DNA of 64,000 nucleotides from Coleofasciculus chthonoplastes F2-STO-03 (GTDB lineage Bacteria; Cyanobacteriota; Cyanobacteriia; Cyanobacteriales; Coleofasciculaceae): the NCBI GenBank assembly GCA_040222015.1, contig JAVJWO010000047.1:32001-96000 (forward strand), in the 5' to 3' direction. This document shows positions 21,541 to 31,568 of the stretch, one piece after another. The notes under the pieces are model-generated. The model saw only the letters and a program-made list of their open reading frames with translations, made no database searches and was not told the DNA's origin. Every line of letters begins with the position of its first letter. Position 1 is the stretch's first letter. A program made the translations under genes and the position numbers.

Positions 21541-24345
21541 GGCTTCTCCTTCTGGGTCAAAATAATGGTAAAAATCTAGATAGAGTTTAATTTTGCTAAC
21601 GGGAACACTGTCCAGTTTCTCCTGTTTGCGGAACCATTTACTCAGATAGTGAAAGACATAAAGCGGATCAGTGTCCAAATCTCGCGCTAATGCCGCTAAT
21701 TTCCCCCAATCGGGATTGCCATCTTTCTTGCGATTTGCCTCTAAGTGAATACAATAGGCGGCACTTAAGGCATTTAAGGGGGAAAATAGACGGGGTGTTA
21801 CTTGACGGGGTAAAATACCATCTAAGCGGTATTCATCTGCTTTTACTAAAGACCGAATCCCTTGATGTGCGCCATCTAAGATAGCCGTCTTTTCAAAATC
21901 AGCCCCACTGATAAATGGGGGAACTGGAGATTCAGAGGCTACGGCTTTCACATCTAGAATTAAGGGTAAGGCAAAGGTTAACCAAGCAGGCATAACCCAG
22001 GATTCAGTATCTGTAGCATCCCTTCCCGGTGGTAAGGCGATAAAAAAGAAGGTTAGCGGCTGATCTTCTGGATAATTCAGTTTGAATGTGCGGTCATCTT
22101 CTGGTTGTAAGTCGGGTTGAATTAATAAGGAATCCACCTGTTGATAATTCTCCAGTGTAAACCGCGCCTCCTGCTTATCCCGAATTAAATGGTTGCGAAT
22201 ATCGGCATCAAACCGAGTTCTGGCAATCCAGGTGTAAGCCTTGTGTAAAAATTTATTCGTTTCTGGGGTAAAAAAGTAGGCTGGATAGAGATATAGATAA
22301 CGATACTTCCGCCCCTCAAAATCTGCCCCCGTCGCATTGGTTTGATTCATCAAGATTTGCCGCAACATGAGTTCAATTGACCAAATTGAGCAAATTTGTC
22401 GCTTCGCGGCTTGAGTATTAAATAAAATCTGCCGATTACTATACACTTGCGGTGCAAATAACGTGGCGGACTCCATTTGTTCCGTGACTGTATAAGCCGA
22501 ACTAGACATAGCACAGACATTTTCCCGCCCTCTTCCAGTTATCTTGGCGGCGCTATAGCGGTTCAGTTCAATTAAGAAAGGATTCACCTCTGGTGGCGTA
22601 ACTGCACCCGTTGGTAACGTCACAACTCGACTAATATAGGTTCGCAAATCCTGCCAACCATCGGGAATAATTACGGCTGCAATTATGGGTTGAATTAAAC
22701 TTGTCGCCTGATTCACCATATCTACCATTGTCTGGCGCAATTGGTTTTCATCTAACCCTTTAGTTTGCTGAATATACTGTGCCGCGATATAGTACCAATC
22801 TAGGGGAACACCCCCAGTTTTTTTCAGAGATTGAATCGCTTTAATATCGGGAATAATTGCCGCTAATCCCAAGAATTCAGCTAACTGTTGAGTTAAATCT
22901 AAATCTGGCAAACTTTGGCGCTGTGCCTTCGGTTTTAACCTTTGGACGTGGTGGACGCGATCGCACCATTTCTGCCAAATTCCTCGACACAGGATATCCC
23001 CAAATTCAGCTAACCGATCAATCCGATAATCGGCGTCAAATTCCACCGGGATAATCTCCGGTAAATCCCCCTGATTCTTGAACTTAACTAAACTCTCACT
23101 CCGCTTTTTCGCCGAGGAGGTTTTGGTACTAGGAATGAGTCGGCAAGCCGCATCAATACTCACCTGCATTAACCCCGGTGCCTCAAAAAATAGCCAATAA
23201 TAATCCGCAAACTTAAATCCCTTCCCATCTCGACTAAACCCCGTGGATTTCTGCTGCAATCTCTGGGTGCAAAACTGGCGAATTTTAGTAATCACCTGTT
23301 CCGAAATCTGACAGGTATCAATGGCGGGGGCATCCGCGTTTGCCAAATACACCACCCCATCGGGTAAATACAGTAATGGCGTATAATATTCCCTCGGATG
23401 AACATCCATTAAAGCATTGTTAATAATATTCGTGATCACACCCCGATTATCCGAGAGGGCGTGATAGCTAAACTGAAGCTGTCCGTTACTCAGACTCTGG
23501 AGTACGGTGAATAATCCATCATTGTCACTATCTCTAGGATGCTTAATTACAGAGGCGAATAAATCCGAGAGTCTAACTAAACTTGCCAGCGTTCCGCGAA
23601 TTCGTCCATCCAATTTAGGCATTAATCCGCGACATTCCAAACCTAAATCTGCATCCCATTTCACCCCAGCATTATGACTCAACCAAACAATATCATCAAC
23701 TTGAGACTCCCACTCTTCACCCAGGAATACCGTTAAGCCAAACTCCCGCATCTTTTGCGCCACATATCCCCGCCCAAAATCTGGCGCGTCTGATTTGTGG
23801 GCGGGATTTTCTCGCCAGTTGCGGTGTTGGAATCGACTATCTGACTGTTCCAGCCAGTCAGGATAATCGGGAAACTTGTCAAAGTCATGTAAAATATAGG
23901 CGGCGATAAATAGGCGAATTTCGGCTTCAGTGCAATTCCGTTTAACCGGATTGGTTTGTTTACTCTCAGTTTTCAGTGTCCTGAGAATTCGATAGGTGGG
24001 AAACAAGCCATTCAGCAGGTGTGAGGTAAACGATTGATCCTCTTTACTCCGGTCAATATTCTTCCCTTCTGCCCGTCTATCTTCGGCAAATTGACCCCCC
24101 TTAGCCGTTGCCCCCACTAACTGCTGAATCAGACGGGGTAAGACATCAGTCGCAAAGGAGGCTAAGATGCGATCGCCTTGATTTCCTGGTGCTTCTTGAA
24201 TCGCATTTTTGAATAAGCGAATAGTTAACAGTTCAGCATCGGCTGGAGTATCATCCTCCTCATCCTCCGTAGTCTCTAAATCTAAAGGTTCTAGAGGAAG
24301 TTCATCGCCGTTATCATCAAATAAGGATAATTCGTCATTAGTCAT
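21025..24345 (-). CDS. cas10d: Type I-D Cas10d (Csc3) large subunit with HD nuclease
   Basis: DQSFTSHLLNGLFP and ILHDFDKF (HD domain); FAPQVYSN; 1106 aa. Confidence 0.96.
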   Translation of the reverse strand: MTNDELSLFDDNGDELPLEPLDLETTEDEEDDTPADAELLTIRLFKNAIQEAPGNQGDRILASFATDVLPRLIQQLVGATAKGGQFAEDRRAEGKNIDRSKEDQSFTSHLLNGLFPTYRILRTLKTESKQTNPVKRNCTEAEIRLFIAAYILHDFDKFPDYPDWLEQSDSRFQHRNWRENPAHKSDAPDFGRGYVAQKMREFGLTVFLGEEWESQVDDIVWLSHNAGVKWDADLGLECRGLMPKLDGRIRGTLASLVRLSDLFASVIKHPRDSDNDGLFTVLQSLSNGQLQFSYHALSDNRGVITNIINNALMDVHPREYYTPLLYLPDGVVYLANADAPAIDTCQISEQVITKIRQFCTQRLQQKSTGFSRDGKGFKFADYYWLFFEAPGLMQVSIDAACRLIPSTKTSSAKKRSESLVKFKNQGDLPEIIPVEFDADYRIDRLAEFGDILCRGIWQKWCDRVHHVQRLKPKAQRQSLPDLDLTQQLAEFLGLAAIIPDIKAIQSLKKTGGVPLDWYYIAAQYIQQTKGLDENQLRQTMVDMVNQATSLIQPIIAAVIIPDGWQDLRTYISRVVTLPTGAVTPPEVNPFLIELNRYSAAKITGRGRENVCAMSSSAYTVTEQMESATLFAPQVYSNRQILFNTQAAKRQICSIWSIELMLRQILMNQTNATGADFEGRKYRYLYLYPAYFFTPETNKFLHKAYTWIARTRFDADIRNHLIRDKQEARFTLENYQQVDSLLIQPDLQPEDDRTFKLNYPEDQPLTFFFIALPPGRDATDTESWVMPAWLTFALPLILDVKAVASESPVPPFISGADFEKTAILDGAHQGIRSLVKADEYRLDGILPRQVTPRLFSPLNALSAAYCIHLEANRKKDGNPDWGKLAALARDLDTDPLYVFHYLSKWFRKQEKLDSVPVSKIKLYLDFYHYFDPEGEAVNELRELTRLYRVFYRAKRPSAKANAILKPIDEAADVILKIDKAWITTSDSQINQEVLIDVVASRLSKLMNNVRRRAAEGKPTLAFVDGKWKPALNSEAERQAVREFSQYFIEVIFAGKLKCDRARLAGTQLNLIRDTCEYLYRIADDQERQERKQDEPEEVSELDTESVT

Positions 24346-24348
24346 TCG

Positions 24349-24435
24349 TCATTTGTCCTTTGTCAGGGTTTGAGGTTGACCGAAGCAAATAGTCGGATTA
24401 ATCGAAATTCGAGATAATAGGTTTTCCTGAGTCAT
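24349..24435 (-). pseudogene. Truncated DUF433-like (antitoxin) gene remnant, 28 aa
   Basis: GGGAG RBS then MTQENLLSRISINPTICFGQP, matching the DUF433 start (RIsinP.icfGkP). It then runs into a ACAAAGG/ACAAATG-type heptamer tract and stops. Confidence 0.6.
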
Positions 24436-24567
24436 TGATACATCTCCCATCACTAACAAAATTGTAATCATCCTCCCTTATAGAGAACTAACCTTTCAGT
24501 GTAATCAGTGTCACTAAACGTTCATCCCTTACCCACATCTAGACAATAAATCCGTGAAATCAGTGTT

Positions 24568-26685
24568 TCAACAAACCCATCCGTCATCCTCCTGGGGTTG
24601 CCAATGCCAAGCCAGCGTCTCCAGCAGTAACGCCGATTGACCAAATGCAATACTGTACCCTGGATTCCGATCATTTAGCTGATTACTCAACCCATAAACT
24701 TGAAAATGAATCGGCAACCCCAACCTCGCCCGAACCGTGGCGCGATCGCGATCGCAAATAAAACAGACGAATCCTCGACGACTCACCCTCTGACTAATCT
24801 GATTAATGTCCCTCCCATGAGGTTGCCAAATTTCCAACCCTTTGAGAACTTGCACCTTACCCGACTTCACCATCTCACCCAATTCTCCCCCATAGTAAAA
24901 ATGCCAGTTTTCCCGCACATCTCGATACCCAGTTAGCTTAAAATAAGCCAAGGCTTGCTCAAATCGATTGGTGGCAACATCCGCTTTTTTAGCACATCTC
25001 ATAAACCGTTCCTTTTCCCACCACTCAACCGTAAAATTACTCAATAAACTAGGAAGATTATAAATTTTAAACCGTTCCGATTCCGGTTCATCAGGATTCG
25101 TGGCATCATAAATGGCACAATTAAGCTGACTACTGCCGCGAAAACTCCGCGCCTCATCAATAACCTTCTGTTTCCCTTCCCGCTGACAGTGCTTGATTTG
25201 TCCAAATTTTTTCCTCACACTAACTCCCAACGCCTTTTGGATATCATTGCCAAATCCTGATGCCGCTTCTGGGTACCGCTGAGTCAGTCGGAGTAATTCC
25301 GAATAAACACAAGCCGACTGTATCCCACCCCAACGTGATGGATAATATTTAAACTCATTCACAAAGGCAAAATTAGCGCGAACTGTATTAAAGAACGTCA
25401 GCCGATCATAAGTTTCCCCATCTTGCAAAGGAGGCGATTCCACTTCAAATAGGCGTTCTATAATAAACTTCGGTAACAACGCATACGCCTGATACATCTC
25501 AAACCCTTTATGCCTACCCAACCGTCCCAAACGCTGAATAAAGTTCCCTGCATCCGCCGCTTCAAAGACTAGGAAATTAATCCGAAAGTCTACCCCCACA
25601 TCAATTGTAGACGTCCCAATCAGCAAATCTGCCTCGACAACGGATTTCGCCTTCTCCGTCTCCCCCGTTAATCCCGTATTTTCTCGTACCTGAAACCCCA
25701 AGGGTTCAAATAACTGCTTCAGTCTCGGCAATAAAGTTTTCACGGCGGCAATAGAATTGAGGATAATCGCCCCCTTACTCCCCGGATACTCCTGAAAAAA
25801 CCTTAAAAGTATTGATTCAGCATTCTCGACAATCCAATCATAACTCGACCGGAAATTCGGTTCTAGATTTCGGGGAAATCGTAACTCAATCGGTTGACTA
25901 ATCGGTCGCCAGTTTTTATCACTGTCCTCAACTGAGAATCGATAAGCCCCCTGTGCAACTGGATTAATCACCCGATACTTCAATCCCGCTTTCGATAAAT
26001 AGTCCTGTAAGAATTCATTAGGCGTCGCCGATAAAAACAAAAACTGTTTTCCCGGTACCGTCTGCTTAATCAACAGGATAGCATTAAGGATATTGGTAAT
26101 CTGAGGCGAGGAGAAAATATGAAACTCATCAAAAACAAACAAGTTGTAGTTTTTGTCAATATTGGCAAATAGCCGATTCGGGTTATCTCCCTTTCCTTCT
26201 TTATTGCGCCGCAGATAGCGGAAGTCATGGATATAGTGAAAAATATCAGGATTCGTCAGCAAAATTTCTGAGTTATCGGAACGATTCAGCAATCCAGCTT
26301 GCTTAGACGGTAGCTGATTAGTTTCAATGAACTCCTCCAAAATCGCCGCATTTAAGCGATAGATTTGCGGATCATACTCCGGCTGAAACTTACATTTATA
26401 GCCTCGTACCTGCCTTTCCTGATCCCGCGCCAGTTCATTGGTTGGGTAAGCCGCTAAAGTGTACGTGCGACTGGTCATCGCGGAGAGATAAGCGGCTAAA
26501 CTTTTACCATCCCCCGTCACGGCGGTATTGAAAACCACATCAATGCTAGACTCTCTCAAGGCTGCAACCGTTTCTCCTTGATGCCAGGATAGTGAGGACC
26601 AATCTGGAGGTAAGATAATTCCTTCAGGCGGTTGTTCACACAAACGCGAGTATAGAGGCTGAAGCGCGATCGCATAGTTAGTCAT
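24568..26685 (-). CDS. cas3: Type I-D Cas3' helicase (no HD domain)
   Basis: TGDGKS, YPTNELARDQ, DEFH, LSATP, STIDVGVDF and QRLGRLGRH. Confidence 0.96.
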   Translation of the reverse strand: MTNYAIALQPLYSRLCEQPPEGIILPPDWSSLSWHQGETVAALRESSIDVVFNTAVTGDGKSLAAYLSAMTSRTYTLAAYPTNELARDQERQVRGYKCKFQPEYDPQIYRLNAAILEEFIETNQLPSKQAGLLNRSDNSEILLTNPDIFHYIHDFRYLRRNKEGKGDNPNRLFANIDKNYNLFVFDEFHIFSSPQITNILNAILLIKQTVPGKQFLFLSATPNEFLQDYLSKAGLKYRVINPVAQGAYRFSVEDSDKNWRPISQPIELRFPRNLEPNFRSSYDWIVENAESILLRFFQEYPGSKGAIILNSIAAVKTLLPRLKQLFEPLGFQVRENTGLTGETEKAKSVVEADLLIGTSTIDVGVDFRINFLVFEAADAGNFIQRLGRLGRHKGFEMYQAYALLPKFIIERLFEVESPPLQDGETYDRLTFFNTVRANFAFVNEFKYYPSRWGGIQSACVYSELLRLTQRYPEAASGFGNDIQKALGVSVRKKFGQIKHCQREGKQKVIDEARSFRGSSQLNCAIYDATNPDEPESERFKIYNLPSLLSNFTVEWWEKERFMRCAKKADVATNRFEQALAYFKLTGYRDVRENWHFYYGGELGEMVKSGKVQVLKGLEIWQPHGRDINQISQRVSRRGFVCFICDRDRATVRARLGLPIHFQVYGLSNQLNDRNPGYSIAFGQSALLLETLAWHWQPQEDDGWVC

Positions 26686-26769
26686 GGCTGCATTGCCGCT
26701 GATTCAAAATATACTTAGATTAATTTCACTATGCCATGACTTTCCTAAAAGTGCAAGTACAAATTTAAA

Positions 26770-27624
26770 ATGCCCAGAAAGAAAGAAACACTGACCCTCT
26801 CCATCCCTCCCGGCACCAAAGCCCAACTAGAAGAGATTGCCCGTCGCCTGAACATCTTCTGGGGCAAGAGTCCTAGCCCATCTGGGCTCATCAGTGCGAT
26901 CGCACGACAAGAACTGGAAGTGGGAAAACCCTTCACCCTCACCTCTGAACAAGTCAACGCCTTACAACAAGCCACCGCCGCCTTAATCGATGCGGGTCAC
27001 GTCGAAGCGGCTAAAACTATACTTACACTTTTACTCGACCGAGGCAATCTGGAACCTCCCCTGCGCCAATCCCTGCTGCAACAGATTGGCAAACCCACTG
27101 AACCCTGGCGTATTGAGGTGGAAAAGTTTATTAATCAAGAACAACCCTTTCGGTTACTCTATCGCAACTCCCAAGGGCAAGACTTGGACTATACTGTCCG
27201 CTATGCAGAGATTTGCTTCTACGAAAAACGCTTTTACCTGCAAGTCTGGTGTGAAGAAACCGCAGATGTCGAGGAGGAGATGGCTGATTTACCAGAACTC
27301 TGGCACAATCGCTGCTTCCGATTAGACCGAATTCAGGCAATCCTACCCACCAGTGGCGGCTGGCGCGGTGAGTTCGATGCCATTGAAGTGTACTTACATT
27401 TTTATGGTTGGCTAGTGAAAGCTTATCAGCCTAAACCTGAGGATATAGATGATAAAGTGATGGGAGAGGTGCGTCAGGTGGTGCGGCGAGTGGTGAATCA
27501 TTTCTGGTTTCTGCGGGAAATATCCCGATATTGGGAAGATTGTGTGATTCTTTCACCAGAGAGTATGCGTCAGCGGATGCAGAAAAAAGTGCAGCGTCTT
27601 TGCCATTTGTACGATTTGTTGTAG
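26770..27624 (+). CDS. WYL-domain transcriptional regulator with N-terminal RHH-like domain
   Basis: KETLTLSIPPGTKAQLEEIA; FYEKRFYLQVWC; NRCFRLDRI. Divergent from cas3, as is usual in I-D loci. Confidence 0.92.
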   Translation: MPRKKETLTLSIPPGTKAQLEEIARRLNIFWGKSPSPSGLISAIARQELEVGKPFTLTSEQVNALQQATAALIDAGHVEAAKTILTLLLDRGNLEPPLRQSLLQQIGKPTEPWRIEVEKFINQEQPFRLLYRNSQGQDLDYTVRYAEICFYEKRFYLQVWCEETADVEEEMADLPELWHNRCFRLDRIQAILPTSGGWRGEFDAIEVYLHFYGWLVKAYQPKPEDIDDKVMGEVRQVVRRVVNHFWFLREISRYWEDCVILSPESMRQRMQKKVQRLCHLYDLL

Positions 27625-27699
27625 GGGCTTGGCAACCAAACTCCTGCTTCGCGATTAATCTGACACAGCTAAAATGATTGCATAGATTTTACGATTAAA

Positions 27700-27893
27700 C
27701 CGGGCGCACATTGCTGCGGTAAAAGGGCGCACGTCGGTGTTGGCAAGGAAGGGCGCACGTCGGTGGAAGGGCGCACGTCGGTGCGCCCCTACATAATCCT
27801 TTATAACCGTCGAGGAATCCGGGCGCGTTTGTAGGGGCGGGTTTTACGATTATCTTTTCGGTTGCACCCAAATCTGACTAAACCCGCCCCGAC
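27700..27893. repeat. Cluster of REP-like palindromes
   Basis: Three AAGGGCGCACGTCGGTG copies ending GCGCCCCTAC, then GTAGGGGCGGGTTT...AAACCCGCCCCGAC. Confidence 0.75.
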
Positions 27894-28367
27894 TTTCGTC
27901 GGCTGTTTTTTCTCGGTCTATCCGTTACCTGATAAAATAGAAAATCTATCTTATGCGATCGCACAATGGTGCAAGCAAGACGGACATTCAGCCCAGCTTC
28001 AGGCTTGGCGTCATCTTCTCTCTGGTTTATTGGCGGCTACAGTCGAGCAATTGTTAGCGAGTCACCTCGAATCCCTTGACACTCCATCCCCTGTACTCAA
28101 AAAAGCTATGCTACAACAGGCGATTGAATCAGGAGAGTTTTTTGATTGAGCGATCGCGCTATCTCCATGTTTCTTAATGTCCGAGTTTCAATCCCTGATG
28201 GGGATTATAAGCTGTTCGGCATTTAAACCTTAATATCAATAATGGCACAATCCTTGTAGTGCGTTAAGCGAAGCCATGCCGCAGGCTTTGCATCTTGCTC
28301 GCTACTAATACCCAATTTAAATGCATTACAGCTTAGACAAGTAGGGTGGGCATTGCCCACCTGACTC

Positions 28368-28946
28368 TTAAATCCCGCGTCGAAATGCCCGAATCGCTTC
28401 GCCTGCATCAGTCTCCGCCATCAAAATACACTGTCTCAGCCAGTCAATATCAAGTTCACTCAATCCAGGTAGCTGGCTGCGTTCAATGGATTGATAACCA
28501 CCATCTCCAAGATGATAAAGCTTCAGTAATCCATCTTGCCAAAACCAAACCTCTGGAACGCCCAACGCTTGATAGCGTTCTAACTTACTGATATCTCCAC
28601 TGGTGAAAACGATTTCAATCGACAAATCGGGAATCGGCTTGACACTTCCGATACAAAAAGACTCGTCAGCTTGGGCGGAAACAACGCCCGGTTTTTCCTG
28701 AGTCATTGCCCCTGTAGGCTTAAAGAAGATTCCCTGTTCAACCAGAAACGTGGTGATTAAGTAACTAATAATACGAGCAAATGTTTCATGATCTTGTCCC
28801 GGCATGAGAATCTCGATCATCCCTTCATAATAAGAGAGGCGCACTCCAGAAGAACCCTCAAAACCTATTTGAATACACTTAAACTGTTCCCAGGTTCCCT
28901 GATGAACAATGCGTTGATCGGTTGTTTTGTCAAGTAGTGGGGACAT
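28368..28946 (-). CDS. Uma2 family endonuclease-like protein
   Basis: RLSYYEGMIEILMPGQDHE, ADESFC, PDLSIEIV and YQALGVPEVWFW. Confidence 0.93.
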   Translation of the reverse strand: MSPLLDKTTDQRIVHQGTWEQFKCIQIGFEGSSGVRLSYYEGMIEILMPGQDHETFARIISYLITTFLVEQGIFFKPTGAMTQEKPGVVSAQADESFCIGSVKPIPDLSIEIVFTSGDISKLERYQALGVPEVWFWQDGLLKLYHLGDGGYQSIERSQLPGLSELDIDWLRQCILMAETDAGEAIRAFRRGI

Positions 28947-29009
28947 TGTATTCGGTTTTGGTTATCGCTGATCAGTTAAATTCCAAAGACTGCCGGGGAT
29001 TATCAATTC

Positions 29010-29984
29010 GTTTCAATCCCTAGTAGGGATTATAGAGGATTTCGACCATTTATATAAGCAAATACACGGCAAGGTGGTACTGTTTCAATCCCTAGTAGGG
29101 ATTATAGAGGATTTCGACTGGCTGGCTATAGGCGTCTGCTACAGCTATCTGAAGTTCGTTTCAATCCCTAGTAGGGATTATAGAGGATTTCGACTAGATT
29201 CACACAACAAAAACCAAGGAAACAAATGAAGTTTCAATCCCTAGTAGGGATTATAGAGGATTTCGACCGTTGAGGTGGCTGTAACAGAAGTATCCAAGAA
29301 AGTTTCAATCCCTAGTAGGGATTATAGAGGATTTCGACATCGGATAGTTGATATCTTGCGGTTGGATCGCACGGTTTCAATCCCTAGTAGGGATTATAGA
29401 GGATTTCGACTACAGAAGGTAGCCGCTGATGAGGGGATAGACATTGTTTCAATCCCTAGTAGGGATTATAGAGGATTTCGACTTCCGCTTGTGGGTGGAA
29501 TGGTAGCGACTCAGATTAGTTTCAATCCCTAGTAGGGATTATAGAGGATTTCGACCAAGCGAACGGGCATAACATCCAAATTGTCGAAAGTTTCAATCCC
29601 TAGTAGGGATTATAGAGGATTTCGACATCTGGATAAATGCACCTTGAGTCAATAATGCCAAGTTTCAATCCCTAGTAGGGATTATAGAGGATTTCGACGC
29701 CAGATGACTTCAATGGGGTTACGGTTATTTTGGTTTCAATCCCTAGTAGGGATTATAGAGGATTTCGACCCTGTGAACGTTGCGCTAATTGGATTTAAGC
29801 TGAAGTTTCAATCCCTAGTAGGGATTATAGAGGATTTCGACCTGCTCTAAAATTTCTTGACTAATCATAAAATCCGTTTCAATCCCTAGTAGGGATTATA
29901 GAGGATTTCGACAATCGGCTTGCCGCTAAAATACTATGCTCGACAAGGTTTCAATCCCTAGTAGGGATTATAGAGGATTTCGAC
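29010..29984 (-). CRISPR. CRISPR array 2: 14 repeats and 13 spacers; 37-bp repeat GTTTCAATCCCTAGTAGGGATTATAGAGGATTTCGAC (+ strand)
   Basis: Counted directly. Differs from the array 1 repeat at two hairpin-loop positions (AG versus GA). Confidence 0.99.
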
Positions 29985-30235
29985 CGCCGACCTCTGAAAC
30001 GCTTGCTGTATTTGGTTTTCAAGGTTCGATTGCGACAACCTCTTCTAACTATAGCATTTCAGCCCTCGGTTTTGACAACCCCCTTCAGCAAAAAACTCTA
30101 AAACCCTTTCTGAATAAGCCTTTCAGCCATTGCGACAACCTCCTCATTCGTCAAAAAGGCTGTATCCCTGACAGTATAAGGAATACAGCCTCAAATTTTG
30201 ACTCCCCGAAAAAAACACCTACTGGTTGTCGCATC
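29985..30235 (-). promoter_or_regulatory. CRISPR leader of array 2 (duplicate of the array 1 leader)
   Basis: CGCCGACCTCTGAAACGCTTGCTG...CACCTACTGGTTGTCGCATCAG is nearly identical to 16733-16985. Confidence 0.85.
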
Positions 30236-30266
30236 AGCCAAAGAAAATGAAGTTATTCTGCAGCCC

Positions 30267-30777
30267 CTAAGGTAACTCCACCGATGTCGGTTTAGCAATG
30301 TGAGGTAATCCCCAACCCAACTTCTCACGCAACACCCGGAAAAACTCAGGCGGTTGCAAACGAATAAATCGCGCCGAATAAGGCGATCGCGCCGGTTAGT
30401 AGTGAGGACTTTAGTGCTCTTGGTTAGCGGCGCTAAAGCGCCGACTACAAGCTAAATATCAAGGTAACTCCACCGATGTCGGTTTAGCAATGTGAGGTAA
30501 TCCCCAGCCCAACTTCTCACGCAACACCCGGAAAAACTCAGGCGGTTGCAAACGAATAAATCGAGCCGAATAAGGCGATCGCACCGGTTAGTAGTGAGGA
30601 CTTTAGTCCTCTTGGTTAGCGGCGCTAAAGCGCCGACTACAAGCTAAATATCAAGGTAACTCCACCGATGTCGGTTTAGCAATGTGAGGTAATCCCCAAC
30701 CCAACTTCTCGCGCAACACCCGGAAAAACTCAGGCGGTTGCAAACGAATAAATCGAGCCGAATAAGGCGATCGCGCC
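30267..30777 (-). repeat. 192-bp tandem repeat: 3' ~125 bp of the NAD kinase gene plus a palindromic element
   Basis: AAGGTAACTCCACCGATGTCGG at 30269, 30461 and 30653; the third copy is the real gene end. Confidence 0.95.
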
Positions 30778-31568
30778 ACATGAACCTGATCCTCCGGTAA
30801 CACATAACAGCCCGCATTGCCATCCACCACCATCACCAACTGATTCGGCGTCGCTGGAAACACCTGCACCTTTTCCGTATCCGCAAACACTAACGCCCGC
30901 GACGCCAAAGAATGAGGACAAATCGGCATCAACTGCAACACCGGCACCCCAGGCGTTACCACCGTTCCCCCCGCACTCAGGGAATACGCCGTAGAACCCG
31001 TCGGCGTCGAGATAATCACCCCATCAGCCGCAATATCCACAGGCGAATGCCGTCCAATTTTCACCTCAAAATGGCACATACAGGTCAACGGTTCCCGATG
31101 CAATACCATCTCATTCAAACACAAGGCTTCCCACCAAATACATTCATCCCGCACCACCTGCACCAACAGCATACTTCGTTCTTCAATCTCATACTCCCCC
31201 GCCATCAACTGTTCCATCGCCTGGGGAAGTTGATTTAAGTACAATTCAGTGAGGAATCCCATGTGTCCCGTATTAATTGCCAACAAAGGAATCCCAAACG
31301 GTGCCACTTGGCGAAACGCCGCCAGCACCGTACCATCTCCCCCCAGCACGATCGCAAACGCCATCTTTTCATCAAAACCCGGCGCCGCCAGCTTATCTAT
31401 CGGGGTATGACAGACAGGAGACTCAGGGCGGGAATAGCCTAAAAGTCCGCCAACACCCGTTGCCATATACACATCCCAACCCGCCGCCGTGAGTTGCTCT
31501 TGTAACTCCTCAGCAACCCGACAGGCTACAGGTTTGTAGTCGTTGTAGATAATCCCAGCTTTGCCCAC
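30651..31568 (-). CDS. nadK: NAD(+) kinase
   Basis: [17 protein letters not shown] and [21 protein letters not shown]. Confidence 0.97.
   Translation of the reverse strand: MGKAGIIYNDYKPVACRVAEELQEQLTAAGWDVYMATGVGGLLGYSRPESPVCHTPIDKLAAPGFDEKMAFAIVLGGDGTVLAAFRQVAPFGIPLLAINTGHMGFLTELYLNQLPQAMEQLMAGEYEIEERSMLLVQVVRDECIWWEALCLNEMVLHREPLTCMCHFEVKIGRHSPVDIAADGVIISTPTGSTAYSLSAGGTVVTPGVPVLQLMPICPHSLASRALVFADTEKVQVFPATPNQLVMVVDGNAGCYVLPEDQVHVARSPYSARFIRLQPPEFFRVLREKLGWGLPHIAKPTSVELP

Noticed and set aside
27862..28149. 95-aa ORF after the WYL gene as an intact gene or cas6 substitute
   Set aside because: It starts inside a REP palindrome and has no Cas6 motifs; only the 3' part looks like a gene remnant, which I cannot identify.
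15322..30260. CRISPR-associated transposon (I-D CAST) or self-targeting spacers
   Set aside because: No tnsABC/tniQ genes, and cas3, cas1, cas2 and cas4 are present. No spacer match in the window was noticed by eye, but the check was not exhaustive.
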